From NCBI GenBank assembly GCA_030390025.1, contig CM059431.1, forward strand, positions 125,986,001 through 126,050,000: a stretch of 64,000 bases of DNA, in the 5' to 3' direction. Both the position numbers and the translations under genes were made by a program. The notes under the pieces were generated by a model. That model had not been told where the DNA came from and did not search any database. It worked only from the letters and a program-made list of their open reading frames with translations. Shown here in pieces: positions 10,450 to 23,808 of the stretch (its first letter is position 1; the number at the start of each line of letters is the position of its first letter). This DNA comes from Squalus acanthias. Its lineage: Eukaryota.

Positions 10450-13252
10450 GGGGATAAAATTTGGTAGATTAGCACCTCTCATTAGTGCCTGCAGAGGGCA
10501 ATAATGGGGCGCTAATGCAGTAGCGCTGGGGCGAGGCGAATCCAGCACCGCATGGCAAATCCGGCCCCCCCCCCCCCCCCCCGTTGCACCGCCTGTACGA
10601 GGTACTGCTGGGGACTTCAATGCCAGGCAGATCCTGACGTCAGTGAGTGTGCTCACCGGGTGTCCGATCTATAAAATTCATTGTCACCACTTACCTTTTT
10701 GCGCCGACCAGACAGCGACAGGAGAGGGGGCAGACAGCTGCAGGAAGCCGGCTCCAGCTTCATTATTTAAAGATGTCAGCATTAATCACTCACAGCTATC
10801 AGGGCAGGCTAGTTTCAGTGGCTTTGTGTCAGTTTCAGCCAGTGGAGCAGTTTGTATGAGAAATTTCAAGCTTCTTTTGTATCAGCAGTTTTCTGGCAAG
10901 TGCAAAGTGGCTACATTTATTGTTCAAAGATTCAGACTGCTACACTTGGCAACATTAATGGGGGCTGTACTGGCATGCCACCTCACCGTCCAGGAGCTCC
11001 GGTGGAGGGAGCGTAGGCAATGAGAAATACGGGAACATGTGCGCAGAGAGATGAGGAGGCACATCAGGGCACTTACCAGGAGAGCTTACCCTCCGAGGGT
11101 ATTCCGACAGCACTTCTCCTACAAAAGCAAAATACTGCGGATGCTGGAAATCTGAAATAAAAACAGAAAATGCTGGAAATACTCAGCAGGTCAGGCAGCA
11201 TCTGTGGAGAGAGAAACATTTCAGGTCGATGACCCTTTGTCAGGAACTGGAAAAAGTTGGAGATGGAACAGGTTTTTAAGCAAGTGTAGGGGCAGGGAAA
11301 GGGGGGAGGGGAGGAAAGAACAAAAGGGAAGGTCTGTGATAGGATGGAAGGCAGGAGAGATTAAGAGACAAAAGGGATGATGGTGCAAGGCAAAAGGAGA
11401 TGGTAATGGGACAAGTTAAGAAACAAAAGATGACTCTAGATGAAGTGTAAATGGCAGAATGATTGACAGCTGCCATGTGAGAGAGAGAGAAAAACAAGAT
11501 GGGGCAGAGGTTATGGTCTGAAATTGTTGAACTCGATGTTGAGTCCAGAAGGCTGTAAAGTGCCTAATCGAAAGATAAGGTGCTGTTCCTCAAGCTTACG
11601 CTGAGCTTCATTGGAAGAGTGTAAGAGGCCAAGGACGGTGAGGTCTGAGTGGGAGTGGAGCGGAGAATTAAAGTGACAGGCGACCGGAAGCTCGGGGTCA
11701 CCCTTACGGACTGAACGGAGGTGTTCCGCAAAGCGGTCACCCAATCTGCATTTGGACTCCCCAGTGTAGAGGAGACCGCATCGTGAGCAGCGAATACAGT
11801 ATATAATAAATTGCAAGAAGTTCAAGTAAATCGCTGTTTCACCTGGAAGGATTGTTTGGGGCCCTGGACAGTGGGAAGGGAGGAGGTAAAAGGGCATGTG
11901 TTGCATCTCCTGCGCTTGCACGTGAAGGTGCCGGGCAAAGGGGAAGGGGTGTTGGGGGTGCTAGAGGAGTGGACCAGGATGTCGCGGAGGGAGCGGTCCC
12001 TTCGGAATGCTGAAAGGGGAGGTGAGGGGAAGATGTGTTTGGTGGTGGGATCAAGCTGGAGGTGGCGGAAATGGCAGAGGATGATCCGATGAATGTGAAG
12101 CTTGTTGGGATGAAAGGTGAGGACAAGGGGAACCCTATCGTGGTTCCGGGAGGGAGGAGCAGGGGTGAGAGCCGAAGTGCGGGAAATAGAACGGACAAGG
12201 TCAAGGGCCGTGTCAATCACAGCAGAGGGGAATCCTCGGTTGAGGAAAAAGGAAGACATGTTGGAAGCACTGGTATGGAAGGTGGCATCGCCAGAGCAGC
12301 TGTGGCGGAGATGAAGAACCTGGGAAAATGGAATAGAGTCCTTACAGGAAGCGGGGTGGGAGGAAGTGTAGTCCAGTTAGCTGTGGGAGTCAGTGGGCTT
12401 GTAGTGAATATTTGTCAATAGCCTATCCCCAGAGATGGAGACAGAGAAGTCGAGGAAGGGAAGGGAAGAGTCAGAGATGGACCATGTGAACGTGAGGGAA
12501 GGGTGGAAATTAGAAGCAAAGTAAATGAAATTGTCTGGTTCAGGGCGAGAGCAGGAAATGGCACCGATACAGTCATCAATGTTCTGGAAAAAGCACTTCT
12601 CCTACCTTCAATTAAGCGAGGAGCATTATATTAGACGACTCCGCATCACCAAGGTGGTGGTCACAGAACTCTGCCACCTCCTCCAAACAGACCTCCAGCC
12701 TCACACATGGATGGCTTAAATCCCAGATCCCTTTTGCTCACCACATGCCCATCATACCATCCCTCTGTCATGCCATATCACAGCGTCCTCCTGGGCGCAA
12801 AGGTGACATGAGAAAGACCATAAAATATTGCAAACTCCATTAATACATTTTTGCATAAACATATCACAATCATTCTAATAACTAATGACCCTTGTGCCTG
12901 CCATAAGTGAATAGCTGTCATTGTGTGCAAGGCATGAGATGTGGGTGTAAGACAGCTGCACAGCCAGCAATTCTGAGAATGAGGTGCTGTAGTATCAATG
13001 AACCTCCCCTTTAAGTACTGGGAAAAGCCTATGGCAATGATGAGTTGAGATTAGACTGCACCCGATATTGGTCCACCCTTTGATTGTAATGCCACTGAAC
13101 TAGACCTTTAAGACTTGATTTAGCACCCCAATCATTTCTTTGAGCAGTGAGAATGGATTTTGCGTTCAGTCTAAAGCATTAGCGCCTGGCACTAATTCAC
13201 AAACTTTTCTAAAAGTACCACCTGTTCCTGGGCTATAATGAATCTCTAGCCC
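10450..13252 (+). mobile_element. Internally deleted Harbinger element (same family as 34708-38766), interrupted by a Penelope insertion
   Basis: Both ends are colinear with the ends of 34708-38766. Transposase N-terminus MGAVLACHL..YPPRVFRQHFSYLQLSEEHYIRRLR is split at 11122/12592. Confidence 0.85.
11123..12591 (-). mobile_element. Penelope-like element, 5'-truncated (RT C-terminus and GIY-YIG endonuclease, 3' pLTR)
   Basis: YCIRCSRCGLLYTGESKCRLGDRFAEH..EQHLIFRLGTLQPSGLN and RVPLVLTFHP. 14-bp TSD AGCACTTCTCCTAC at 11109-11122 and 12592-12605. Confidence 0.93.
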
Positions 13253-13630
13253 ATTGTCTTTATTCTTGCTTACAAAGTGGTCACATTCTATCCCACCAAT
13301 ACAATTCTTCTAGCCCTACATCCCATCTTTCACTCTCCACTGTATGAGTCTGGATTACTGTGTGTCTTCACTTCCCACTTCTCAACCATCTGCCAGAGCC
13401 TTCATTATTCATGGCTCTGCACTTTGGAATTCTCATCCTAAATCCCTCCACCTTGCCTCATCTCTCCCCATCTTCAAAAGCCTCCACAAAATCTACCTGT
13501 TTGATCATGCCTTTTGTCACCATCGCAACCTTCTCCCTTTGCCTGCTCAAAGTGGAATCTGCCCCTTTGTTAAGTATCTTGAGATATTTTGCTACAATAA
13601 CCGCACTTTATTAAGGGTGAGTTTGTTATT
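13253..13630 (+). mobile_element. L2 LINE 3' end (right piece)
   Basis: CTTTGGAATTCTCATCCTAAATCCCTCCACC..TTCAAAAGCCTCCACAAAATCTACCTGTTTGA, an L2 3' region. Confidence 0.65.
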
Positions 13631-14128
13631 GTTATATAAGTGTCATAGCATTAAAAGTGACCTGGAATTTTGTCTTCAGAAGCTAATGTGATTTCAGCAG
13701 ACTGAAATTACTATCAAAGGTGCCATTGGAAACAAAATAAATCTATAAATGGATTTATTATATTGAACCTTTTTAATGACATTGCTCCATTGCACACTAT
13801 GTTGCTTTATTTAATCTCATTAACTTTTGTCTTAGTAATTAATAATTATGCTCCCTTTCTGAGATGTACTGAACATGAGTTTTACTGATTAATTTAATTT
13901 CTAAAGAATTCGTTAAACTGTGGATTCTTTTTAATTGTGTTTTTTAAGGCCAGACGTGCGGTACTGCATTTCAGCAAACCACCAAGCACAGCAACAATAG
14001 ATAAACTAAGTTGTTGTGAACTAGGCCAAAGTGGACCAGGAAGTCAATGTAGATGAAATCAATATAACAAAAAAACTGCTAAATTTAGTAACGTTTAGGC
14101 TGTAACACATATATTCATAAGACAAACT

Positions 14129-14831
14129 GAGCCAGAATTTGCTGTCAAAATAATGGCAAGGCTAATGGTATTCGACGTTATTTATGGGTAAATGGTACAG
14201 CAACTTCAGGCGAGGAGCAGATTCGCTGATAAATGTGAATATCCAAAAGTTGCTTGCACTTAGCCTCCTGTTTTTTTTTAGGAACTTGCTGTATTTGCTC
14301 ATTAATTGCCCCATTAAATTCATCACAGAAAGTTATGTGAAGCGTAAATACCCTTTTTAACAATTGACTGCCAATCAACCTCTCTAGCATCAAAAATTAA
14401 CTGTTACAAGTGTGGAGTCTCATTTCATCAGGTAATGAATCTTTTGGCGAGATTTTAAATTTAATTTTTTTCTTACTTTTCCTTTCCGTCTCTTTTTTTC
14501 TCTCTCTCTTAAACTAATCTTTCTTTCCCTCACCTTACCTCTCTTTCTGTATCTGACTTGACATTAAATTCACCCCTTTTAATTCACCCTCATTCTCAGT
14601 CCTTCCTGTGTTTATTTTCCAATCTTTAAATCTCATTGGTTATGGAGATAGATACCCTGTTGGTTGTGCTGTTCACTAAGGTCCCAGATGCCCTGTTTCC
14701 CTCGCTGTACCGTTATTAGCTTGCACTTTCAGCAACTTTGTGGGCAGATTTTTTTTGAGCTGAAGGGTGCAGGGGCAAGTCTAATGGACGCCAGATATTA
14801 TTAGATGCCCTGCTACAGCAAACTCTGGCCC
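14129..14831. mobile_element. Harbinger-like MITE
   Basis: Termini GAGCCAGAATTTGCTGT / ACAGCAAACTCTGGCCC form an imperfect TIR around a non-coding core. Confidence 0.7.
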
Positions 14832-15513
14832 ATTATGTCTCTGTCAATGTACTTAAAGTGTAAATTACAACATGGGCTTTTACTTTGGGGTTGGTAACAT
14901 CTTACACTCAGCAATTTATTACAAAAACAATAATAACATCAGCATCTGCAAAAAAAAAATGGTTCATCAGGTACAGAAATCGCCAGTAGCAGAAAGGCAA
15001 CTTGAGACTGACACTGGGATCAATAAATGTTCTTAAGGTCTTTTAATGTTTCCAATACAACTCATTTATTTAACAGTGCAAGAAATTAGATGACATAGAA
15101 ACAGAACGAATGAAATCTCCAAAGATTTCAAAGGACAAATTATGTTATTGTTAAAAGACATATGTGGTCACAAAATAACTTGGGTCATGAAAGTTGGGTT
15201 ATGGTCCAATCATTTTTCACCAGAAGCTGACGATTTGATCTCACAATATGGGAAAGAATAAATAGCTAAATACATTGCAGTGTCTGATCAATTCAATTCA
15301 AATTAAATCAGCAGATGTGTTGTTACTCATGGTCAATTGGAGTTTATACTGTTACAAAAGGGGTCCAAGTGTATGGGACTGTTGGAAGGATTTGGAAAGA
15401 TTTTGTCATAGATACACTCAGAAACAGTGAAGTGTTTTTGATTGGCTCCTGGAATGTAAATAAATAGGCTCTGAAATTCCTGGGCTAGGAGGGGGCAGTG
15501 GCAACACAAATGT

Positions 15514-16062
15514 GGCCTGGAATTTAAGGTGGGACTTGATTTTGCCAAATGTTTGCCCTTTTCTTGCCATGTCTGAACATTCTGTTGGAAACAAGGATGA
15601 GTGTGCCTTACACCCATGCCCCCTCTCTGCAAGTGTTGCCAAAAGAGGCAGGACTGGTGGCCTGACAGAAATCCCTTCCAGTTTCATTTTACTTGCGTAC
15701 AAAGTACCCTGGAATGATGCAGACATACTTGTGTGCCAGGATCAGAATCTGGTGGAAATAGGCCCCAACACTTTTGGAAATATCCGATCCTGACTGCTAT
15801 CAATCACAATTTTTCATGTTTTAGTCTTCTTTGGCTGGAACACCCAACAGCATATCATAAGGCCTGCTCCCTCACTGAGGTGCATGCCCCAGTTATGCCG
15901 AAAATGGTACAAGTGGCCACCTGCGGCTCCTCCCTCCTCCCCATACAATGTGCCCCAACTGCAGGATATGGAATGAAGTCAGGGCCAGAGCAGACTTGTG
16001 GTCGGAAGTCCCACTCTGCTGCACTTCCAGTGGCAGAGCAGGGCTCCAGGAATTTCAGGCTC
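15514..16062. mobile_element. Degraded Harbinger-like MITE
   Basis: GGCCTGGAATTT ... AATTTCAGGCTC termini bound a GC-richer block in AT-rich DNA. Confidence 0.45.
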
Positions 16063-16674
16063 GCAGTGTTTTCCTCACCTACTGCAGGTAAAAAATAATA
16101 ACTTAACATAATACAGTTATAAAAATCAATAAATCTGTACATGTGTCACAGAGGAACTGGCTCTTTACCTAGGACATCAAATGGCCTCACTCTTCCATTT
16201 GTTTCCTGTATACGTCTTTATAGTAAAGGCCAAGATATGTAAAATATAAGAAAAGCAAATACTTAATTTGCATTTTTTCTTTTATACCAAATACATCAGC
16301 AAGGGCCATTACTGTTAATGAAAGGATCTGCTGAGATGAATATCAGTAAATTCAGGAGTTTTATACAGAACCTCCTTCCAAACTTGAATTATGGTACAAT
16401 CCTGCCAGAATTTGCACTGTTACGTAAGCCATTTTGTTTTTGCTCAGCTGATTTTGAATTCTTGCAGATTACCACCAATAAAAAAATGCAAATAAACTAA
16501 CCAATTGGAATACATTACAAAATATGAATAAAAATTAAATAACAGAAACATTTCAATTACAAAGTTTAATTCGTCATCTATATAACATGCTGTATTTGTT
16601 AAATAAAAAACAAATGACTATAGTAACTTAAGTATGTTTTTCCAGTAGCTACCTCAAAAATCTTGAAACAATAA

Positions 16675-17946
16675 TGGGGATTAGATTGGATAAACCCCGA
16701 AAATGGGCGCAGGGATCGCGGTATGGCAGGCAGCATGTTAATTTTGTGCTGCCTGTTGATTTTATTGATTACTTCATGCAGCCATTGCTACCCGTGCTGT
16801 TAAATGTCTGCACACTGCAGCAGGGGACCCAATATCGCAAGTGGCTACCGCTCTCTAAAGGCCGCCTGCACCTTTTAATGGGGAGGTGTATTGTGGCTGG
16901 AAGAAGTGGTGGGAGTCATTTGAAAACTGAATCTGTGTTCTAATACTTTGAAGAATGGCTGAACATTAGAGAGAGCGTGTACCAAGGTTTTCTGATGCTG
17001 CACTGGTGTCTTGGTGTAAGAAGTTGAGAGAAGGAGGGACATTCTGTATCCACAGGGGGCCAGGAGGCTCTCAAGACATATGCTGAGGAGACAGTGGGAG
17101 GAAGTAGCTAAAAAGGTCAATGACAGGAGTGTAGCTCCAAGAACATGGATGCAGTGCAGAAAGAAGTTTAATGATCTGACACGAGTTGTCAAGATAAGAA
17201 TAATCTTCAAATGGCATATACTAACAGCTGCATCACTAGCCTCATTAACTGCTCAATTTACGACACCCCCATCTCTCACCTACCAACAATCTCTAGCAAT
17301 CAGTACTGAACACTTCAATTCATATGCTTTAACTCACCCTCACAAATGTAGCAGATGCTGATGTGTCCTGCAGCCGACACAATGGGGCGGCCAGTGCACC
17401 AATGTTATGGAGCGGATAGTGGTACCAGGGATAGGCCAGGAGATGACATGCCGAGGGTGCCTTCCTCTCCTAGCTCCACTCAGCAGGACAAAGGTGTGGC
17501 ACTCTAGGGCCCAGCCATGCAAAACAAAAGGTTTGAGGCACACCAGCAAGTGTATGAGATATTGGCAGGCCTGCCAAACACCTTGACCACTCTGGCGGGA
17601 AGGATCGAGGAGTCCACTTTTGTCACAGGGCATTTCTACTCCTCAAACGATCCTGGATGGTGTGGCCACCTCCAGGGATACTGCAGCCGAGCCCTCAAAA
17701 TAGGAGCCTGTATCACCAGCCTTTGCAGCTTTGATGCAAGCTCAGATGGCTGCCATAGGACCCCAATTTATATGATATTCATGAGGCTTCCACCTGTCTG
17801 CAGCAAGAACCTCGTCCCTGAAGAAACTCACCACCATTAAAATACTGCCAAATTAAGGAACTTAGGGCCGTACACTTGGCTCATTTTAAACCCTTGCCTG
17901 CCCCTATCCCGCCTGGCAGCGCAGTGAAGGATTTAAAATCAGGGCC
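16675..17946 (+). mobile_element. Harbinger derivative with Myb/SANT exon 1
   Basis: ..RRRDILYPQGARR..RRQWEEVAKKVNDRSVAPRTWMQCRKKFNDLTRVVK at 16955-17195. Ends TTAAAATCAGGGCC. Confidence 0.75.
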
Positions 17947-17949
17947 ATA

Positions 17950-18540
17950 GATTTGCAGTAAAACGGACTTAGAAAGGAGATGGTTCAGGTCTCTCAAATG
18001 ATAGAAGAAACGGAGATTCAAGCCAATTATTTAACTTGCTTTGCAATAACAGAACTAAATGACATAAATATAATTTTAATAAACATCAGCAAAAACTTGA
18101 CTTTATAAAAAAAAATTCAGAGTTGTAGATACAAAAAACAGACTTCTGGCAAAAGGAATTAATTCTGTCGATAAATAACTTGGAAAGGAGCTTGATGATA
18201 AATATTTGGTTCGGAATTGGATTGACATTTATAAGGATATAAACAGATACGGATGATCAAATGCACTTGTAAAGCTTCTGAAACTGGTGTGAATGTGGAA
18301 CTGTCATGCCAAGAAAGGCAATTGATCTAGGATGAATTATGCAGGATGTGAGGGTAGACAGATGTTCAATGTATCTCTGGGGGCACAGAAAGAAGTGTGC
18401 TTAACTTTTCCTCAACAGGTTAAATGGATTGAATAGCACCCGTGGTAGAATCCATTAATAATGATACGTAGAAGTCAAGGGCTTGATGGACTCAATGGGC
18501 CATCTGACTTTTTCTAATCATGTATTTTTATATTCTTATC
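17950..18540 (+). mobile_element. Old, highly diverged CR1 3' end
   Basis: GGACTTAGAAAGGAGATG..AGAACTAAATGACAT.. and tail GGCTTGATGGACTCAATGGGC resemble the CR1 3' region. Confidence 0.5.
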
Positions 18541-18597
18541 TGTTTAGATTTATACAATTTCAGTTATCTGGAGGCTGACAATGAAATGTTGAAATTA

Positions 18598-19716
18598 TGG
18601 GGGCAACTTCTATGTCCCTACACTTTTTGCCTAAAAATGGGATGGTAGCGGGATCAAAATCATGAGTGGGATTGAAGCGTTGACTTACTGCTGGTTGTCC
18701 GATTTTCTGCCAGACCTCGATCTAGCCGACCATAGCTCCTGCCGGGAATAGGCTGGGACCTGATTAATAAATATAAATCACGGTCAAATAACATAGTTAC
18801 AACACCATTTCTGTCTTTGTCTACGTTGCTACTCGCAGTTCCTGATCTCACCCACAAACCATGTCGTGAGGCGGCCATATTTTCTGTGATATTTAAAGGG
18901 ATCCTCAGCTACTCTTGGGTAAACATTATAGCTGGAATTTTGTCGGAAACCCGCTGTCAAGCTGCCTCCAGACAATCTTCCCAGGTGTCGGGTCCTCGAT
19001 TTGTGCATGAACCCGACACCTAGCGACGGGAAGAGGATTATCAACACTTAACTGCTTGTTAACAGGTTGTTAACAGGCAGTTAAGAGGCTTTTTGCAATT
19101 TTGACAGGTATACTGCGGGCTTCCCGACATCCGGACACCACGCCAGGTAAGTGTGGCGTGCTGTGGGTCTACTGTAATGTTTCTGCATTGATGACAGCTG
19201 CAGAAGTGGTGTGAAGGATCCAATGGTACACTGGTGAGTTTCAGAGTTAAGAACATGTTGGGAAAATCATTTTTAATGCATTTACACTTTTCTGTAGGTG
19301 ACAAGTTTTGGATTGTGTGTGTAGTTCCACCTCTCTCACCAGTGACAGATCGCTTCTGTAACCTCACCTGCAGCTGCCATCTGTTCTAGCCTAAGGAGGG
19401 AGTCACTGGAGAGTCTGGGTGCAAGGGATCACCTTTGTACAGTGATTGTCAGTTTTTGCAGCACCTCAATGCTGTCAAACACTGACAAATCAGCTGTCAA
19501 AAAAAATTGTGCATGGCCCCTTTAAGAAACCAGCAGATGACGCATCATCAATTGATGTCATCTGACACCAGTTTCCTCTTAATTGGCCGGCAAACCCGCA
19601 GGGCAGGCTTAACAAGGCCAATTGACGCAAAATTGCATCTGTGCGTCTGATGTCATTGGGGGCGGGACTGGAACCCGGAAGGCAGCTGTCCCACCCCAAG
19701 CCGCATCGATAGGAAA
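18598..19716. mobile_element. Degraded non-autonomous Harbinger-like element
   Basis: Carries the TTTAAAGG and CCCCTTTAAG..GATGACGCATCATC modules seen in other Harbinger ends. Terminus GGAAAAATCACGGC. Confidence 0.45.
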
Positions 19717-20897
19717 AATCACGGCATAAACATCTTCCTTGTAATGCACAGTGTTTTTTGTGACTTAGATGATTCAAAGGGCTTATAATTGTAGAGTGTT
19801 CTGAACTAAGAACATAAGAACATAAGTATTAGGAGCAGGAGTAGGCCATACGGCCCTTTGAGCCTGCTCCGACATTCAATAAGATCATGTCTGATCTTCG
19901 ACCTCAACTCCACATTCCCGCCCGAGCCCATATCCCTTGATTCCCCTAGAGTCCAAAATTCTATCTATCTCAGCCTTGAATTTACTCAATGACTCAGCGT
20001 CCACAGCCCTTCGGGTAGAGAATTTCAAAGATTCACAACCCTCCAAGTAAATAAATTCCTCCTCATCTCAGTTTTAAATGTCTGACCCCTTATCCTGAGA
20101 CTATGCCCCCTAGTTCTAGACTCTCCAGCCAGGGGAAACAACCTCTCAGCATCTACCCTGTCAATCCCCCTCAGAATCTTATATGTTTCAATAAGATCAC
20201 CTCTCATTCTTCTAAACTCCAGAGTATAGGCCCAATCTATTCAATCTCTTCTCGTAGGACAACCCTCTCATCCCAGGGATCAATCTCGTGAGCCTTCGTT
20301 GCACCGCCTCTGAGAAATGTATGTCCTTTCTCAGATAAGGAGACCAAAAATGTGCACCGTACTCCAGGTGTGGTCTCACCAAAGCCCTGTACAATTGTAG
20401 TAAGACTTCCTTACTCTTGTACTCCAACCCCCTTGCAATAAAGGCCAAAATGCCATTTTCCTTCCTAATTGCTTGCTGTACCTGCATGCTAACTTTTTGT
20501 GTTTCCTGTAGGAGGACACCTAAATTTCTCTGAACAGCAACATTTAATAGTTTCTCACCATTTAAAAAATATTCTGTTTTTCTATTCTTCCTACCAAAGT
20601 GAATAACCTCACATTTCCTCACATTATACTCCATCTGCCACCTTATTGCCCACTCACTTAACCTGTCTATATCCCTTTTGTAGCAAAACAACTTTTGCTG
20701 ATTAAGATTGGCTATCATTATGCTTGGCCAAATTTTTAATGGACCAGCATGCCTTAAGAGACTGAAGGCTGTGTTGCTGGGCAAATTCCGTAATCAACAG
20801 ATAAGGAATGAGGTGTTGCAAGACAAACTTAATTAAACAATGGAACCGTCTCGATGACCCCTGACCAAATGAAGTAAGCCGACATGTGCAAAAGGTC

Positions 20898-21275
20898 CTT
20901 CTCGTGTTTACATTTATATTTTATTTTTTCCACCCTTTTATTTGCCCCCCCCACCTTTTTTTTCCTCCTAGAAGCTGGCAGCTGTCCTTCATTCTGCCAG
21001 TGGATTTCACACTTCTTTCAGCCTTAATCTGTCACATTAACACCACCTCTAGCCTTGCATATCTCTTAATGTCTCTTAATGTCTCTTCATCTCCCCCTTT
21101 GTTCTTTTATCCCCTCCCCCTTTTCCCAGCTTTACCCTGGCCTTAAATCTATTTGATTTCCGGCTCTTCCCAGTTCTGACGAAAGGTCATCGACTTGAAA
21201 CGTTAACTCTCTTTCTCTCTCCACGGATGCTGCCTGGCCTGCTGAGTTTTTCCAGCGTTTTCTGTTGTTATTTTA
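20898..21275 (+). mobile_element. Penelope-like 3' pLTR fragment
   Basis: Homologous to the reverse complement of 11123-11400. 12-bp TSD GTGCAAAAGGTC at 20886-20897 and 21276-21287. Confidence 0.88.
21172..21208 (+). ncRNA. Minimal type I hammerhead ribozyme motif (Penelope-associated)
   Basis: AGUU-CUGACGA-A-AGGUC(AUC)GACUU-GAAA-CGUU-AACU. Both core boxes are intact, with stem II, stem I and palindromic AACGUU. Confidence 0.75.
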
Positions 21276-23808
21276 GTGCAAAAGGTCGTCTGGTGGAAAA
21301 GTAACAGAACCAACCAACAGATTTGGACACATGCCAAGAAAAGCATATAAAAGGGGAGAGTTAACAACCAGACGGGGCTGCAGTCGGGAGGAGGTGGCCT
21401 GGCCAGTCATCTCACCTACGAGGATTAGCCTGCAGTCGGAAGAGGGGTGTGACTTGGTCGGCCAGCCCAAGGAACCTACAATCAACACGAACTGACCATC
21501 CATGGGTGATCGTATGTATATCCTATCTGTAAATATGTTAGTGGTGATGTGCATTGTATTGCAATACGTTTAGTTTTGACATTGTATTGTAACCCTTGAT
21601 CTCTGATGTCTCAATAAAGTTGAGTTAAGTTGGAATCCGCGTTTTATCAATTACTCACTTATAATCCTCGGGTCAGAATCTTAAACCTGTGATGTCCCGA
21701 AAGGACTCTGCAGGCTCTTTGTGTCCTCCTCACATCTTACTTTCCCACCTAGCTTTTTATTGTCAGCCAACTTGGATACATTGCACTCGGTCCCTTCATC
21801 TAATCATTAATATAGATTGCGAATAGCTGAAGTCCATGCACTGATCCTTGTGGCACCCCACTAGTTACAGCCTGATAACCGGCAAATTACCTGTTTATCC
21901 CTACTCTCTGTTTTCTGTCCGGTAACCAATCCTCTATCTATGCTAATATATTACCCCCAACCCCATGAGCCCTTATCTTGTGTAGCAACCTTTTGTGTGG
22001 CATAAATTTGTTAAACACGATTTCCCTTTCATAAAACCATGTTGACTCTGCCTAATCATATTATGACTTTCTAAATGCCATTACCACTTCCTTAATAATG
22101 GATTCCAGTATTTCCCAATGACTGATATCAGGCTAACTGGCCTGTAGTTCCCTGTTTTCTCTATTCCTCCTTTCTTGAATAGCGGGGTTATATTTGCTAC
22201 CTTCCAATTCACTGGGACCGTTCTGGAATCTAGAGCTGTTAAGAGGCTTCTGTCAACATACGTTTTTTCATGGGGGTCCTTTTGGCAATTCCACACTTGC
22301 AAGAGGAAGCGAAGGAGCAGCAACAGCAAGGAGGGAGCAGAAAGAGCTAAGCTGCAGGGAGAGTAAATCGAATGAGGTATGCTTGCAAGAATCCTTAGCC
22401 TTCCAATCGAGTGTATAGGCCCATGACAACATACCTGAACTTCTCCAAGAAACAGTGCATAATGAGGCTTTGCTTCTCTATGGAGGCTGTGACAGAGTTG
22501 TGTTGCCTCCTGCAACAAGACAAGGTATTGCCTGTTGCACTCAAGATCACTGCAGCCCTGAACCTCTTTGCCTCAGGCTCCTTCCAGGATGCCACAGGGG
22601 ATATCAATAACATATTAATTATCCACCTGTTGTGCGGCCATAGTGCCTGTCTTCAGTGTACTTTTACCAACTTTAGTGCTTCTATAAGGTGCAACACCAG
22701 TGGCTGCAGCATTGGAGGTGGAAGGATCCTGCACCTCAGTTCATGAGATGCTCATAGTCAGTTACCTCTAGGAACTCGGATCTGACAGAGTCCGGCTGCA
22801 GATTACAGCAACTCAGCAGCTGTCAAGGCGGCTTGGCCCATCTGGCTTTCAGTCATCAGGGCAGGCATCGTTGAGAGGTGCTGTGATCCTGAGAGATGGT
22901 CTCATGTTCCATTCCTATTGCACGACTGCCCCTGCTATCAGGCTGTGACTCACCACTCCTACTGACCAATGAGAGAGCAGACTGTAGGACATTCCTATCC
23001 ATTTGGTCTCAAATCTGCCCAAGACAGAGGAGATAGTGAAGCCCAATGATTGCATGGCCCCAGTATGAGCATTCTGAGAGATAATGGAATTAACCCGATT
23101 TTGGGCCTTGGGCCTCATTAACATAGGATTGGTGAGCTGCAGATACCTGCTGGGCATCCCCAGGCAGCTCGCCAGTGAAGAACATTTGAATTTGGGGTCA
23201 CTGCATTGCTGGGAGATCAGGTAGGTCTTGGGAGAATCAGGGGAGGTGCAACCAGGAGAGGGGAGTGATTGGGAGAGGGGAGTGATTGAGAGAGGGGAGT
23301 GATCGGTGGCCAGCAGCAGTCCCTGGTTTAAATGTGGAGACAGGAGGAGCACTTCTGTACCTCTGGGCTCCACATTCAGGTAAGTATTTTTTTAAAACTT
23401 ACCTTTTTGGTGGCGAACTGCAGCGGTCCCTATTAGAAACAATGGTTAGGCTGCATGTAGACCTGATTTTCCTGAACACAGTCAGCCTGGTGCTAGCTTC
23501 GTTCAGGACAAATCAATCTGGTAAAGGACGCATTGAACAGGCGTTAGACCTTGGAGGCTCTAGGTATAGGCAAGAAGTCTAACACCTGCTCCAGGTGTGG
23601 CTCTTGGAGGCCTCTTTTGATGCCCATACCAATATGGTGGATGATGCACTACTGGTGTGGAATGTGCGTGCGCATGCAACCCGCCATACTGGATGCTTTG
23701 GAGCGTGTTTTGCTGCTGTAAAATGGGGAGCAACATCATTGAATTTCTAGGCAACTCTTCCTCGTGCCACATACTCCTGCAGGGAGTGCCCAGCTACAAT
23801 GTCCATTG

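Larger units (their letters stand above)
20679..21705 (+). mobile_element. Solo LTR (about 0.64 kb after removing the nested Penelope)
   Basis: Starts TGTAGC, TATAAAA near 21346, AATAAA near 21614. Imperfect 4-bp TSD CTTT/CTCT. The 3' CA is not clean. Confidence 0.65.
19806..22240 (-). mobile_element. CR1 LINE 3' portion, interrupted by a solo LTR at 20679-21705
   Basis: (TAAGAACA)n tail at 19806-19823. RPHLEYGAHFW and NYRPVSLISVIGK. Sequence rejoins across the LTR as ATATCCCTTT/GCAGGCTCTTTGTG. Confidence 0.93.

Noticed and set aside
16169..16215. Possible minus-strand exon (RIQETNGRVRPFDVL) with a GTAAAG donor
   Set aside because: Weak acceptor, unrecognised peptide and no partner exons found.
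20212..20784. Apparent LTR-CR1 fusion ORF (190 aa)
   Set aside because: Chance read-through from the antisense LTR into a broken CR1.
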